64,000 bases of DNA. It comes from Candidatus Zixiibacteriota bacterium (GTDB taxonomy: Bacteria > Zixibacteria > MSB-5A5 > GN15 > JAAZOE01). The translations under genes were made by a program, and so were the position numbers. Positions 1 to 10,189 of the stretch are shown one piece after another. Below the pieces are notes generated by a model that saw only the letters and a list, made by a program, of their open reading frames with translations, made no database searches and was not told the origin of the DNA. The stretch spans positions 1,453-65,452 of the forward strand of contig JBDREQ010000039.1 in the NCBI GenBank assembly GCA_043819555.1, given 5' to 3'. The first letter of the stretch is position 1. The number at the start of each line of letters is the position of its first letter.

Positions 1-1
1 G

Positions 2-253
2 GCCGGTTTAGCACATTGGGAACGATCGGATACAAGCGTTACCAATGAAAGTGGTTTTACTGCGTTGCCCAGTGGCCATCGTTACGAATGGGGATTTCAC
101 AGTGGCCCCGGGGGGCAAGCAGCCTTTTGGACTTCGACAGAGATTGACGACAACTCCGCATGGAATCGCTCTTTGCATAAGACGGAATCAAGCGTCAGTA
201 GTCTCGGTGGTATCAAGCAATCCGGGGCTTCGATTCGCTGTGTAAAGGATTGA
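2..253 (+). CDS. FISUMP (Fibrobacter succinogenes major paralogous) domain protein, 3' part only
   Basis: Frame is open from the window edge: ...HW...TNESGFTALPSG.R...AAFWTST...AWNRSL...GASIRCVKD*, the typical FISUMP C-terminus. Confidence 0.85.
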   Translation, partial: AGLAHWERSDTSVTNESGFTALPSGHRYEWGFHSGPGGQAAFWTSTEIDDNSAWNRSLHKTESSVSSLGGIKQSGASIRCVKD

Positions 254-412
254 TAATATGAGTCTAAAAACTAGACATTATATAATATAACATATGACTA
301 ACCCTAACATTAACCGATTTAAGGGGTGCAGGTCGACTTAATATTACTTTAGCGGAGAGACGATTCCTTATAAGTGATTGTAATTCATAATTATACGTTG
401 TTAGAAAATCAA

Positions 413-504
413 TGGCGGAGAGGCTGGGATTCGAACCCAGGAGGGGCTTTTGACCCCTACACGCTTTCCAGGCGTGCTCCTTCGGCCAGCTCGGACACCT
501 CTCC
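413..504 (-). tRNA. tRNA-Ser(GGA)
   Basis: Acceptor GGAGAGG/CCTCTCC-G-CCA, anticodon arm CACGC-CT-GGA-AA-GCGTG, long variable arm, GGTTCGAATCC T-loop. Confidence 0.97.
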
Positions 505-636
505 GTCTAAATAATCAATTGCCCATCTTAAACCGGACAAGCTGTCGATTCTGCTCTACTAAAAGCGCGAAATCGTTCCCCATTATATGGAATTTACCCG
601 TAAATGCAAAGGAAATTTAGATGATGCTTTTAACCC

Positions 637-1395
637 CTAATCTATACTTAACTGATGGGCAGAAGTAAATAATCTTCGAATCGTTAATTGGGCGGAAATG
701 ATACCGGTGACCGTCACTGCGGAGGCCAGCATATAGCCGACGATTATTTGAATTAGAACCGCCTTGAGAGGCGATGCTCCGGCCAATATCATACCTGTCA
801 TGGCTCCCGGCAATTGCACAATACCGACGATTTTTAGAAAATTTAACAGGCTCAGCATTCCTGCCTTTATAGACGCCCGATAATATGGATGCGAGGCCTG
901 ACGCCAGCTTTTCCCTAATGACAGCGATGTTTCTATGGCCAGTCTATTGGTTTTAATTTCAGAGTACAACCGCTCCATCACCAGAGCCGCACAATTCATA
1001 GAATTACCGATAATCATCCCTCCAAGCGGTATTATATAGTGAGCTTCGGGGCGGATTATTTGAACGGCTAACATTAGTCCGAGGGTAACTGTCAGAGCAG
1101 CAATGATTGCCACAGAAGCCAAAAACCAAGCGTGATTGATCTGGGGTACCCAGCGTGAAGTGGTGTGGGCGCCGACCATGACCATGATAATAAGCGTTCC
1201 CAGGATTGCAAAAATGTTTTCTAAATCAAAAATGAATTCAAGAGCATAGCCTATGGCAACCAATTGAATAAAGGAACGAAACACTCCAACAACGAGCTGT
1301 TTTTCTACGCCGATTCTTTGCCATCTTGTCAGAATAATCGCAAGAATCATTAATAAGACCGCAAAACCGACTTCTTTAAAACCGACATCAATCAT
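637..1395 (-). CDS. fetB: Iron-export ABC transporter permease, FetB/YbbM family
   Basis: RSFIQLVAIGY, IIPLGGMIIGNSMN, VGIVQLPGAMTGMILAGASP motifs. Confidence 0.85.
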   Translation of the reverse strand: MIDVGFKEVGFAVLLMILAIILTRWQRIGVEKQLVVGVFRSFIQLVAIGYALEFIFDLENIFAILGTLIIMVMVGAHTTSRWVPQINHAWFLASVAIIAALTVTLGLMLAVQIIRPEAHYIIPLGGMIIGNSMNCAALVMERLYSEIKTNRLAIETSLSLGKSWRQASHPYYRASIKAGMLSLLNFLKIVGIVQLPGAMTGMILAGASPLKAVLIQIIVGYMLASAVTVTGIISAQLTIRRLFTSAHQLSID

Positions 1396-2147
1396 CGCAA
1401 ATCACCGTTTATAAATTTCCGGGAGATTTCATTCATGGGGTTTTTGAATATCTCATCCGTTCTTCCCGATTCAATCAACCTGCCATCAGCAATGATTAAA
1501 GAATTCCCGCCCATTCTCAACGCCTGACCAAAATTATGGGTAACGATAATAAGGGTTAACGCAAGCTCTTGATTCAATCTCAATAACAATTTTTCAATTG
1601 TGCGAGCGGCCCCGGGATCAAGGGCTGATGTGGGTTCATCGAGAAGGAGAATTTCCGGTTCCATTACCAGAGACCGGGCCAAAGCGACTCTTTGTTTTTG
1701 ACCAACCGATAGTTTTTCAGGATCGGCATTAATAAGTTGAGGATCAAGTCCGACCATATCAAGAAATCCGGCCAGTGTTGTTGAATGAGAATCATTCCCC
1801 TCGGGCAATCCGTATGCCAAATTGTCCAAAACCGTACCCGGAAACAAATATGGAATCTGAAATGTTTTCGCGATTCGGCGCCTCAATTCCAGGACGGGGT
1901 ATGATTCCATCGGCGAATTATGAAACAGGATATCACCTGAGGTTTTTTCATCGAGCCGATTCAACAATCGCAACAGAGTGGTTTTTCCCGCCCCGGAAGG
2001 ACCAACAATTGAATAGATTTCATTCTTATTAAACTCACACGATACCGAATCAATTATCATGCGGCTGCAGGATTTTTCCGATACGGCTCTTGATAGATTA
2101 ATGAGTTTTAGTAAAGCGGAGTCAGAATTATTTAAATCGTCAGACAT
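1392..2147 (-). CDS. ABC transporter ATP-binding protein (FetA-like)
   Basis: Walker A GPSGAGKT, signature LSVGQKQR, Walker B LLLDEPT; 4-nt overlap with fetB. Confidence 0.9.
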   Translation of the reverse strand: MSDDLNNSDSALLKLINLSRAVSEKSCSRMIIDSVSCEFNKNEIYSIVGPSGAGKTTLLRLLNRLDEKTSGDILFHNSPMESYPVLELRRRIAKTFQIPYLFPGTVLDNLAYGLPEGNDSHSTTLAGFLDMVGLDPQLINADPEKLSVGQKQRVALARSLVMEPEILLLDEPTSALDPGAARTIEKLLLRLNQELALTLIIVTHNFGQALRMGGNSLIIADGRLIESGRTDEIFKNPMNEISRKFINGDLR

Positions 2148-2205
2148 GAAAGCAATATATCGCCTTCAATTTTCTGAACCAAATATTATTTAGCCGGTGC
2201 ATCAA

Positions 2206-3828
2206 CTATAGGCCAATTATCTCAATTTCAAAATCCGTCAGATCATTAGGAGCAATGAGATTATTTGACATTAATACGCGAGTCATTCCGAGGTTGGAAC
2301 TATTATTTGCCACATTCATATCAAATCCCATCACATAACTTGCTATAAGGCGGTTGCAATAATAATCATAAAGACCGATCTCAGATGCGGTTACTTTAAT
2401 TCCATATCTTTGGCCGTGATATTCAGAATTGGGCAAATGTTCATTAAATAATCCGCTTTGATAATTGCCCTCGGGTAAATTATGCTTATCGTACAATGTG
2501 ATTATGCAACCATTCGAAGAATTTGAAAAATCTATTTCCAGCAGGTAATCGAAATTTAGCTTCCATACCGAAAACCGGATTGGGCCAAGAATATTGATAA
2601 AAGTTGAATCGGCAGGAGTATTATAAATAAATGGTCTGATGCCGCAAAATTCAAAACGTGGCCAGAAATCATTAAATCCAGCCATAATTGAATTCCAGCT
2701 CTCTCCGGAAGCAGCTTCGATTATTGAAATGATGTCTGCCTGAGAAAAAGACCGGACTTCCCGGTCTGTCCCTGACAGCCGTCGATAAAGCTCCCGGAAG
2801 CTATTGGGTTTGCACAAGCGCATTAAGTAATTAACAAAAATCGCGCTGACGGGGTATGACGTCTCGGCCGATCCAATTTTGCCATAAAAATCCTCATAGG
2901 TCAGAATATCTTCGGCTCTGGTAATTCCAAAATGTAAATTCACATAACCCGCATAATGAATTACAGCCGGGGCGCGCCCCCATCGGCCGCCTAAATTACA
3001 TGCCAATCCTTCCTGCAAAAAAGGAACCGTATACAACGAGTTTTCTTTGAGAGCAAAATTGATCAAGATGTGAACCAGTTCATGTTCATGAGGTAATTCC
3101 TGAGTTATTACCGCATCAAGGGCCAAATCGCCCATGCCCCGGGCGGAAAAACCGGTGATAGCCAGCATTTCATCTTCGTTACAAAGATAATAGTATATTT
3201 TGTCTCCTGATAATTGGAGCATCCGGGCGGGAGTTATCTTTAGCCTCGCGCCAACTGAATCAATAAACTTATCGATTGCTTCGCAAGCGTATTTGTTTAA
3301 TCGACTGGCATCATTATAGAATATTCTGGTATAACGGGTGTCTTTTGTATTCCAATCCTGACAATGATAGAATGCAGGCGATGTCAGTCGCCAAATTTCA
3401 TCGCTGCCCCGGATGGCATCATAAGTATATTTTATTGTATCTTTACCTGATGTTACTGAAATTCCGGTTTTTGCTTTGTCGCCATTTTGCTCTGTGCCAA
3501 TAATAGACACTTTTGCCCTGCCATCTGAAATCAAATTGAGATTTTTCAATATGGTCGAGGCACAGTCATATTTTGCGGGAGTATCTGAAAACGAAATGCC
3601 CAGTCTATTTGATGCTGTGATAAAATTCGGATCCCAATATGATGACGCCTTTGAAAAATCCCCTGATTTTAACGCATTAAAATATAATTGAATAACAGAG
3701 TCAGGCGTTGACTGTGCCTGTGCATGCGTAAAATCAAAAATGAGAATTAAAAATAGAAAATATACAGACTGAACAATTGTTTTTCCCGGTTTTAGCATGA
3801 TGCTTAATTGTACATGAGAATTAACCAA
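2206..3828 (-). CDS. Secreted protein with gluzincin/peptidase MA-like zinc motif
   Basis: Hydrophobic N-terminal segment ending AQA; HELVH followed by FLQEGLA; start uncertain. Confidence 0.55.
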   Translation of the reverse strand: MVNSHVQLSIMLKPGKTIVQSVYFLFLILIFDFTHAQAQSTPDSVIQLYFNALKSGDFSKASSYWDPNFITASNRLGISFSDTPAKYDCASTILKNLNLISDGRAKVSIIGTEQNGDKAKTGISVTSGKDTIKYTYDAIRGSDEIWRLTSPAFYHCQDWNTKDTRYTRIFYNDASRLNKYACEAIDKFIDSVGARLKITPARMLQLSGDKIYYYLCNEDEMLAITGFSARGMGDLALDAVITQELPHEHELVHILINFALKENSLYTVPFLQEGLACNLGGRWGRAPAVIHYAGYVNLHFGITRAEDILTYEDFYGKIGSAETSYPVSAIFVNYLMRLCKPNSFRELYRRLSGTDREVRSFSQADIISIIEAASGESWNSIMAGFNDFWPRFEFCGIRPFIYNTPADSTFINILGPIRFSVWKLNFDYLLEIDFSNSSNGCIITLYDKHNLPEGNYQSGLFNEHLPNSEYHGQRYGIKVTASEIGLYDYYCNRLIASYVMGFDMNVANNSSNLGMTRVLMSNNLIAPNDLTDFEIEIIGL

Positions 3829-3862
3829 TGGTTCCCCCGAATTGGTATATGATTATTGTATT

Positions 3863-3888
3863 AAAAAAGGCGCGTTAAAAACGCGCCC
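3863..3888 (-). terminator. Intrinsic terminator downstream of PEP-CTERM gene
   Basis: GGCGCGTT/AACGCGCC stem with adjacent A-tract on + (U-tract on -). Confidence 0.7.
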
Positions 3889-3939
3889 AATCTAAAATCT
3901 ATATTCACTTGCCCCTTATGGGAAGTTAAATGTCTAGTC

Positions 3940-4575
3940 TTATTTCTTGAATCGGCGGAAAATTCCGGTGCCCGCAATACCCAAGCCTAATAGAGCCAGA
4001 GTCCCTGGTTCGGGGATGGCTTTTTGACCGTCATGCGAAAATGGCGCAAATTTGAATTTGCCGTCTGGTTCGCGGTAAAAACCATGAGCATCAAAGTGAA
4101 CACTTTCGTATGATGTGGAAATATTCAGGCTGAATATCCGCCCCATATCGGTACCATCTTCACCCGGCTGCATATCCATGACGACATGAGGAGCATCATT
4201 AACCAGGGCTGCTATTTCCAATTCAAAATAATTGGCCGGATAAATTCCATGAGAAGGGTAGGTGCCGGCATTGTCTCCAAATTCAGGAGGCGTCCCATAA
4301 GTAAAGTCGTTATAATCAACACTGTTTATGGACAGCGCACCATCGGTTGGAGTTTCGTCGGGCCCTAAAGATGTAACAAGGGTCAGACCATATATAGGCT
4401 TACTATCACCGCCCGATGTAATAACCTGTAGCTCAAAATCGGAACTGTAAGTAACCCAGGTTTGGCTGGCCGCGTCCCAGTCAGCGCCGGGGATATATAT
4501 CTGGATGGCCGGTACGGCAAAAGCCGCAGGAGCCATGAAGAAAATTGAAGTCACCAGGATAAGTAATTTTTTCAT
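3940..4575 (-). CDS. PEP-CTERM exosortase-target protein (choice-of-anchor N-like)
   Basis: Signal peptide; AVPAIQIYIPGA...FAPFSHDG; C-terminal IPEPGTLALLGLGIAGTGIFRRFKK. Confidence 0.88.
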   Translation of the reverse strand: MKKLLILVTSIFFMAPAAFAVPAIQIYIPGADWDAASQTWVTYSSDFELQVITSGGDSKPIYGLTLVTSLGPDETPTDGALSINSVDYNDFTYGTPPEFGDNAGTYPSHGIYPANYFELEIAALVNDAPHVVMDMQPGEDGTDMGRIFSLNISTSYESVHFDAHGFYREPDGKFKFAPFSHDGQKAIPEPGTLALLGLGIAGTGIFRRFKK

Positions 4576-4613
4576 AACTAGCCCTTTATCAAGTTATATT
4601 CAAGTATATTACA

Positions 4614-4629
4614 AGCAATCTATATGCCG
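4614..4629 (-). promoter_or_regulatory. sigma54 -24/-12 promoter of PEP-CTERM gene
   Basis: Minus strand CGGCATATAGATTGCT = GG-N10-GC, about 40 nt upstream of the ATG. Confidence 0.75.
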
Positions 4630-4772
4630 GGTTTGATTTAAATAATGGGGCAACGAAAAAATCCTAATTGATTTATTATCATACAGTTAAGGGAATTAAT
4701 AAAAACGACGGATAAGGCTATAATGATATTTTTTGCGGCAATATGCATCCAATTACCAAAATTATTTAATCT

Positions 4773-4791
4773 TTGTCAGGAATCTGGACAA
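4773..4791. promoter_or_regulatory. Putative enhancer (TGT-N11-ACA) for a sigma54 activator
   Basis: TTGTC-AGGAATCTG-GACAA inverted repeat about 145 bp upstream of the -24 element. Confidence 0.55.
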
Positions 4792-5024
4792 TTCATTTCA
4801 TGGTTATGATATATAATATTGTCAATCCAATTAAAATTGACGACGATAAAAACCGACAATCAATTATGTGTCAACAATATATGCGGTTAATTAAAAGTAG
4901 CAGTTGATTAGGCTCAATTACTTATGGCGTTTCTTTAATAATCTAAAGAATAGTTGTAAAGCAATTGGACAATTCTTGATTAACATGCCCGTATTAACCC
5001 AATTTTTTTTGAAAATATCTTACC

Positions 5025-6339
5025 TTAATTACATCCTGCACAGGGCCAGGGGCCGTTTTTGAACACATGGTTTATAAGAAATACTGCATCTCCGATATCA
5101 GTATCACCATCACAATTCACGTTTCCGGCACCAATATTATAAGGTCCGGGACCACCTCGAAAAACATAGCTAACCAGATAAACCGGATCGCCTATATTCA
5201 CTCTTTGATCATTGTTGGCATCTCCACACATAAAGGGCTGATTTATATATAAGGAAACGCTGTTCGAATAATAAATTGTCGCCGCGATATCGATACGCCC
5301 ATCTTCATCGAAATCCGCTGCGCATACTCCCCGCGCCGAACCAGTAGCATAAAAACTTATATTTTCGCAAAAATCTCCCTCCTCATTAAATAACACCGTT
5401 ATTCTTCCCTGATTATATTTCACAAAATTGGCGACAATCAAATCATCATCGCCATCGTTATCGACATCGCCCGGAATAATTGCCCGGGGGGAATATCCGG
5501 AAAAATAACTGGTGAATTCTCCAAATGTCCCATCGCCGTTTCCCGGTATTATTGAGATATTATCCGATTCATCATTGGCCACAGCAATATCAATATTTCC
5601 ATCGCCATTAAAATCGCCGGAGCAAGCCGATTTTGAACCAGGATCACACCGATATTCTAACAGCGGGTATTCAAATGATCCATCTCCTTTATTCAGATAA
5701 TAAATTAATCTTCCGGGGATGCTTTCCAAGTAATTTATTACGCCTATATCGATATCTTCATCATTGTCATAATCGGAAAGATCCAGACTATATGCGCGCA
5801 GCCCGACTCCAAAATCTCCTGTCTGGGTAAAGGTCGAGTCGCCATTATTCATAAAAATCTGTCCCCGTCCATTTATTGTGGTTATGACCAGGTCAATATC
5901 ATTGTCATTATCCAGGTAATCGCCTTTGACCGTTAACACTCCTTGCTCTGTTTCATAAGTGGAAGGTTCTCCAAAAGTACCATCGCCCTGATTGAATAGA
6001 ATAATTAAAGGGTTGAAGATTGGCGGAAATAACATCGCTGAAGCCATCCCCGTTTATATCCGCGATAAATACGGACCAGACATCGCCGCCGGCAGGATAA
6101 TTAGTGCTATCATAAAAAGTCCCATCGCCCGAACCCAGAAAAACTGTGATAGAAGCCGTAGAATAATTGCCAACAATAATATCCTGATGGCCATCAGTGT
6201 TGAGATCCGCACAGGTAATTGATTCTGGTTTAGTCTGTGTTGGCAGACAATATTTTTCGTAGAAAAAAGCGTCGGCGGCAGATGCATTTATGCCCGTGAT
6301 AATCATCAGTAACGCCAATGAAATAGGTGAGGATTTCAT
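5025..6339 (-). pseudogene. FG-GAP/VCBS-repeat secreted protein with dockerin-like C-terminus, frameshifted near 6010
   Basis: Signal peptide and the first repeats (DLNTDGHQD, DINGDGFSD) are in ORF 5953-6339; the remaining repeats and the CGDANND..GNVNCDG domain are in ORF 5025-6047. Confidence 0.75.
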
Positions 6340-6455
6340 GCTTTACCCCCTGAAATAAATACTATATAGCATAACACGAGATGCGTAATGGCTTATATTT
6401 AAATATATGGTCAATCGAAATGTTTGCAAGGAATTTTTCTTTCGAAATGGAGCAG

Positions 6456-7733
6456 TTAAATCAATAGGCCGCCACCCATTTGGGAAGGAATAAACTGAAT
6501 AATCTCTTTTCCCCCCCCAATCTCTTTGGGAAGGAGGATTTTTAAGTAATTATCACTGACAGCGTAATAATATCCTTCATTGTTTTTTGTGTTCTGGGAA
6601 ATAACATTTAGCTCATTTCCGATATGTTTTTTCATATGTCGAGATAGTATTTTATCGCTTATTTCTCGAGCAATGCCGCTTCTTTCTTTTATGATGGATG
6701 GATTTATTTTTTCGGGCATATCCGAAGCCCGAGTTCCCGGACGATCGGAATATGAAAATACATGGCCATAATCGAGAAAACCGGAATTGAGAATATTGAG
6801 CGAATTTTCAAAATCTTCATCGGTTTCACCCGGAAAACCGACTATCAAATCGCACCCGATTGTAATCATCTCGTCCTTATTCTTCACTCTTTCAATTATT
6901 TTCAAATATCCACTTCGAGTATACGGCCGATTCATGAGCTTCAATATTCTATCTGATCCGGATTGGAGAGGCAAATGCAGATGCCGGCAGACGCGGGGAT
7001 TATTGGCCACGAAATCAATCAAGTCATCATCAAGTTCATTCGGCTCTAGAGATGAAAGACGCAACCGGCTAAGCCTGGTATCTTTGAGAATCATTTTGAT
7101 CAGTCCGGCAAGATTTAATCCATTGTATTCGTATTTGCCCACGTGAACCGCTGTCAGGACTGCTTCGTGGTATCCTTTGATAACCAATTTCTTGATTTCA
7201 TGAATAATTTTGTTTGATGAAAAAGATACCAACTCCCCGCGCACTCGCGGCACAACACAATAGCTGCAATTCTGATTGCATCCCGTACCGATTTGCACCA
7301 TTGGTCGATTGGGCTGATTAATAATCTGATCGGGTAAATCCGTTTTTTTCAGACACGATGCGTGGCCAATATCACCCTCCTGAAATAAAATGGGATATTT
7401 TCCCATAAGTAGATCGGGCAATTCCATCTTCTGTTTATTATTAACCACAAGATCAACACTGTTCATTTCGGATAACATCTCTTTTTCGGAGACGGCATAA
7501 CACCCGGCCACGACCATTACAGCATCGGGATTTAGACGATAGGCTCGTTTGATTAGATTCCGGCAATCGGAATCGGCCCGCCCGGTGACAGTGCAGGTGT
7601 TCAAAATATAAAGGTCGGCTTTTTCGCTAAACGGCACTCTATGCAAACCACATCCGCTAAGTTTCGCGGCGATTTGTTCTGTTTCATATTGATTGAGCCG
7701 GCAACCGACCGTTGTTAAGGCCATTTTTTTCAT
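6456..7733 (-). CDS. mtaB: tRNA t6A37 methylthiotransferase (radical SAM)
   Basis: GCRLNQYE, NTCTVT, CNQNCSYC, RLRLSSLEP, HLHLPLQSGSD, YSDRPGT. Confidence 0.92.
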   Translation of the reverse strand: MKKMALTTVGCRLNQYETEQIAAKLSGCGLHRVPFSEKADLYILNTCTVTGRADSDCRNLIKRAYRLNPDAVMVVAGCYAVSEKEMLSEMNSVDLVVNNKQKMELPDLLMGKYPILFQEGDIGHASCLKKTDLPDQIINQPNRPMVQIGTGCNQNCSYCVVPRVRGELVSFSSNKIIHEIKKLVIKGYHEAVLTAVHVGKYEYNGLNLAGLIKMILKDTRLSRLRLSSLEPNELDDDLIDFVANNPRVCRHLHLPLQSGSDRILKLMNRPYTRSGYLKIIERVKNKDEMITIGCDLIVGFPGETDEDFENSLNILNSGFLDYGHVFSYSDRPGTRASDMPEKINPSIIKERSGIAREISDKILSRHMKKHIGNELNVISQNTKNNEGYYYAVSDNYLKILLPKEIGGGKEIIQFIPSQMGGGLLI

Positions 7734-7790
7734 GACTTATTATATGCTTATTGGTAAAGATGCCAAGTCTATTCTTCTTGTTTCGTAAAT

Positions 7791-7818
7791 AAAAAAGCCC
7801 GGACATTACCCGGGCTTT
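7791..7818 (-). terminator. Intrinsic terminator after rpsA
   Basis: AAAGCCCGG/CCGGGCTTT stem with A-tract on +. Confidence 0.8.
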
Positions 7819-7844
7819 AATCTTCAAATAGCTAATCGGAAAAA

Positions 7845-10079
7845 TTACTCGGTCGGTTTATCCTCATCTGGTATTGATTCGGATTCTGACTTAATATCTG
7901 CAGCTTCTTCTGCAGTTTTTTCCGAAAGTGTATCCTGAACTTCCGCCTCGGGTTCGGGAGCCGACTTCTCTTCAGGAGTTGAATCGGCCACTTCAGTCGA
8001 AACTTCTTCCACAGGAATAGCATCGGGAATCGGTTCAGTCATGTCGACCATTGTTTCTTTTTCAGATGCAGTTTCTTCGGTTTTTTCCGGTTCAGAAATG
8101 GGTTCAGCAGCCGGCGTTACAATTTCGCTAAGTGAATCACCAAGACTGACGCTCGTGGTTGTGGTTTCCGAGATAAACTTCTCATATTCATCGCGGTCGC
8201 GCTTCTCGAAATACTCCCTGATAGACAGGACTATTTTTCTCGCTCCCCGATCAAACTCTATGACCTTGATCGGAATATGCAAACCCTCAGTGAAATTCTC
8301 GGCCGTTTTATCATCGCCGTCTTTGGCCAGTTGATTGCTCGGCACAAATCCCTCGACCTCGCCATCCAGCTCAACGACCAATCCTCGATCCATGGATCGC
8401 ATGATTGTTCCCAGAACTTCATTTCCAATAGCGTATTTCTTCGCGTATTCCGGCCAGGGATCTTCCAGCAATTGCTTAATTCCAAGAGAAACTCTCCGAT
8501 TATCGGTATCAATCTTGAGAATGCGAACTTCAATGATATCGCCTTTTTTCATTATTTCAGAAGGATGCTGAATGCGTTTTGTCCAGGACATATCAGAAAT
8601 ATGGACCAGTCCATCAACACCTTCCTCTATTTCGACAAAAGCGCCAAAAGCGGTCAGATTGCGCACTCGACCTTTGACTACGTCACCGATCGGGTATTTC
8701 TCATGAATAGTCAACCAGGGATCGGGCTCCATCTGTTTTATACCCAGTGATATTTTCTCATTTTCCTTATCAACCGATAAAACAACCGCCTCGACGGAAT
8801 CGCCCATACTCATTATTTTGGACGGGTGTTTGATATGCTGAGTCCAGGACATCTCTGAGATATGAATCAATCCCTCAATGCCCTTTTCCAGTTCGACAAA
8901 CGCGCCGTAATCGGTAATGGAAACGACTTTACCTTTGACTCGCTTATTGATTGGGAACTTCTCATCTATATTTTCCCAGGGATAGGGAGTCAGTTGTTTC
9001 AAACCGAGAGATATTCGCGAAGTTCTATCGTCAAAATCAAGGATCTTGACGTTTAAGGAATCGCCCAACTGCACCATTTCGGAAGGATGTCTCATCCGGC
9101 CCCAGGACATATCGGTGATATGTAAAAGACCGTCAACTCCCCCAAGGTCAATAAAGACCCCGAAGTCGGTAATATTTTTTACGATTCCTTCGCGAACTTG
9201 TCCCAGTTCAATCTCTTCCAAAAGCTCATTGCGCAGTTGATCACGTTCATCTTCGAGAACAACCCGGCGAGAAACGACAATATTCCGACGGCTTTTATTT
9301 AGCTTAATGATTTTAACGCTCATGGTCGCGCCGATAAGAGCGTCAAAATCAGGCACCTGTCTCAAGGCAACCTGTGAACCCGGTAAAAAGGCATCAACAC
9401 CCATGACATCGACCACGACACCGCCTTTGATACGACGCTTAATCTTTCCGGGAACTAAATCGCCCGCGTCATGTGCGACGCGGATGCGATCCCAGACGCG
9501 CATGAAATCGGCCTTTTGCTTTGAAAGAACGAGTTGACCTTTACTATCTTCAACAGCTTCCAGATAAACTTCAATTTCGTCGCCAACTTTAATATTTACC
9601 TCACCGATGAATTCGTTTACAGGAATTATGCCTTCGGATTTAAATCCAACATCAACGATGATATCATCGCGGGTAACTCCAATTACCGTACCCGGAACAA
9701 TCTCCCCTTCCTTAATATCCCGAAGCGTGCCCTCATACATCGACATAAGTTCATCAAACTCTTCCTGGTTGTATTCTTTGGCATCTAGATCAGTCAGGCG
9801 CATAGAATCAACTACTTCTGGAACATATTCGACGACCGGAGCAACGATACGCTCTTTGGCTTTTTCGGAGATTCTCTTCTTTCGAGAAGTTTCAACTTTT
9901 TCGGCTGTCTGAGTAGTAGCGACTTTCTGTTCAACCGTTTCCGCGACTTTCGTCTTTACTTTCTTTGTCTTGGCGGCCTTGGTTTTCTTAGCGGTGGTTT
10001 TTTTGGTTTTGCTCAGCTTAACCTTATCACCTCCCGTCTGGTAAGTTTTGTTTGTTTTGATTTTTTCGGCTTCAGCCAT
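7845..10079 (-). CDS. rpsA: 30S ribosomal protein S1 with long Lys-rich N-terminal and acidic C-terminal extensions
   Basis: Six S1 repeats (VDVGFKSEG, DFGVFIDLGGVDGLLHITDMSW, GAFVELEKGIEGLIHISEMSW); SD AAGGAGG/GGAG upstream. Confidence 0.97.
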   Translation of the reverse strand: MAEAEKIKTNKTYQTGGDKVKLSKTKKTTAKKTKAAKTKKVKTKVAETVEQKVATTQTAEKVETSRKKRISEKAKERIVAPVVEYVPEVVDSMRLTDLDAKEYNQEEFDELMSMYEGTLRDIKEGEIVPGTVIGVTRDDIIVDVGFKSEGIIPVNEFIGEVNIKVGDEIEVYLEAVEDSKGQLVLSKQKADFMRVWDRIRVAHDAGDLVPGKIKRRIKGGVVVDVMGVDAFLPGSQVALRQVPDFDALIGATMSVKIIKLNKSRRNIVVSRRVVLEDERDQLRNELLEEIELGQVREGIVKNITDFGVFIDLGGVDGLLHITDMSWGRMRHPSEMVQLGDSLNVKILDFDDRTSRISLGLKQLTPYPWENIDEKFPINKRVKGKVVSITDYGAFVELEKGIEGLIHISEMSWTQHIKHPSKIMSMGDSVEAVVLSVDKENEKISLGIKQMEPDPWLTIHEKYPIGDVVKGRVRNLTAFGAFVEIEEGVDGLVHISDMSWTKRIQHPSEIMKKGDIIEVRILKIDTDNRRVSLGIKQLLEDPWPEYAKKYAIGNEVLGTIMRSMDRGLVVELDGEVEGFVPSNQLAKDGDDKTAENFTEGLHIPIKVIEFDRGARKIVLSIREYFEKRDRDEYEKFISETTTTSVSLGDSLSEIVTPAAEPISEPEKTEETASEKETMVDMTEPIPDAIPVEEVSTEVADSTPEEKSAPEPEAEVQDTLSEKTAEEAADIKSESESIPDEDKPTE

Positions 10080-10189
10080 TTCTCCATATCCTCCTTAAAT
10101 ATATTTACTCCCGGGCTTCGACCGGGGGTATTGCTTTCGTTATCGACAAATCAAGTGCTTTATTAAAGCTTCACATTCTCTATCTTGCG

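Noticed and set aside
45..245. 66-aa ORF in frame +3
   Set aside because: Shadow of the FISUMP-domain frame ending at 253, which carries clear motifs
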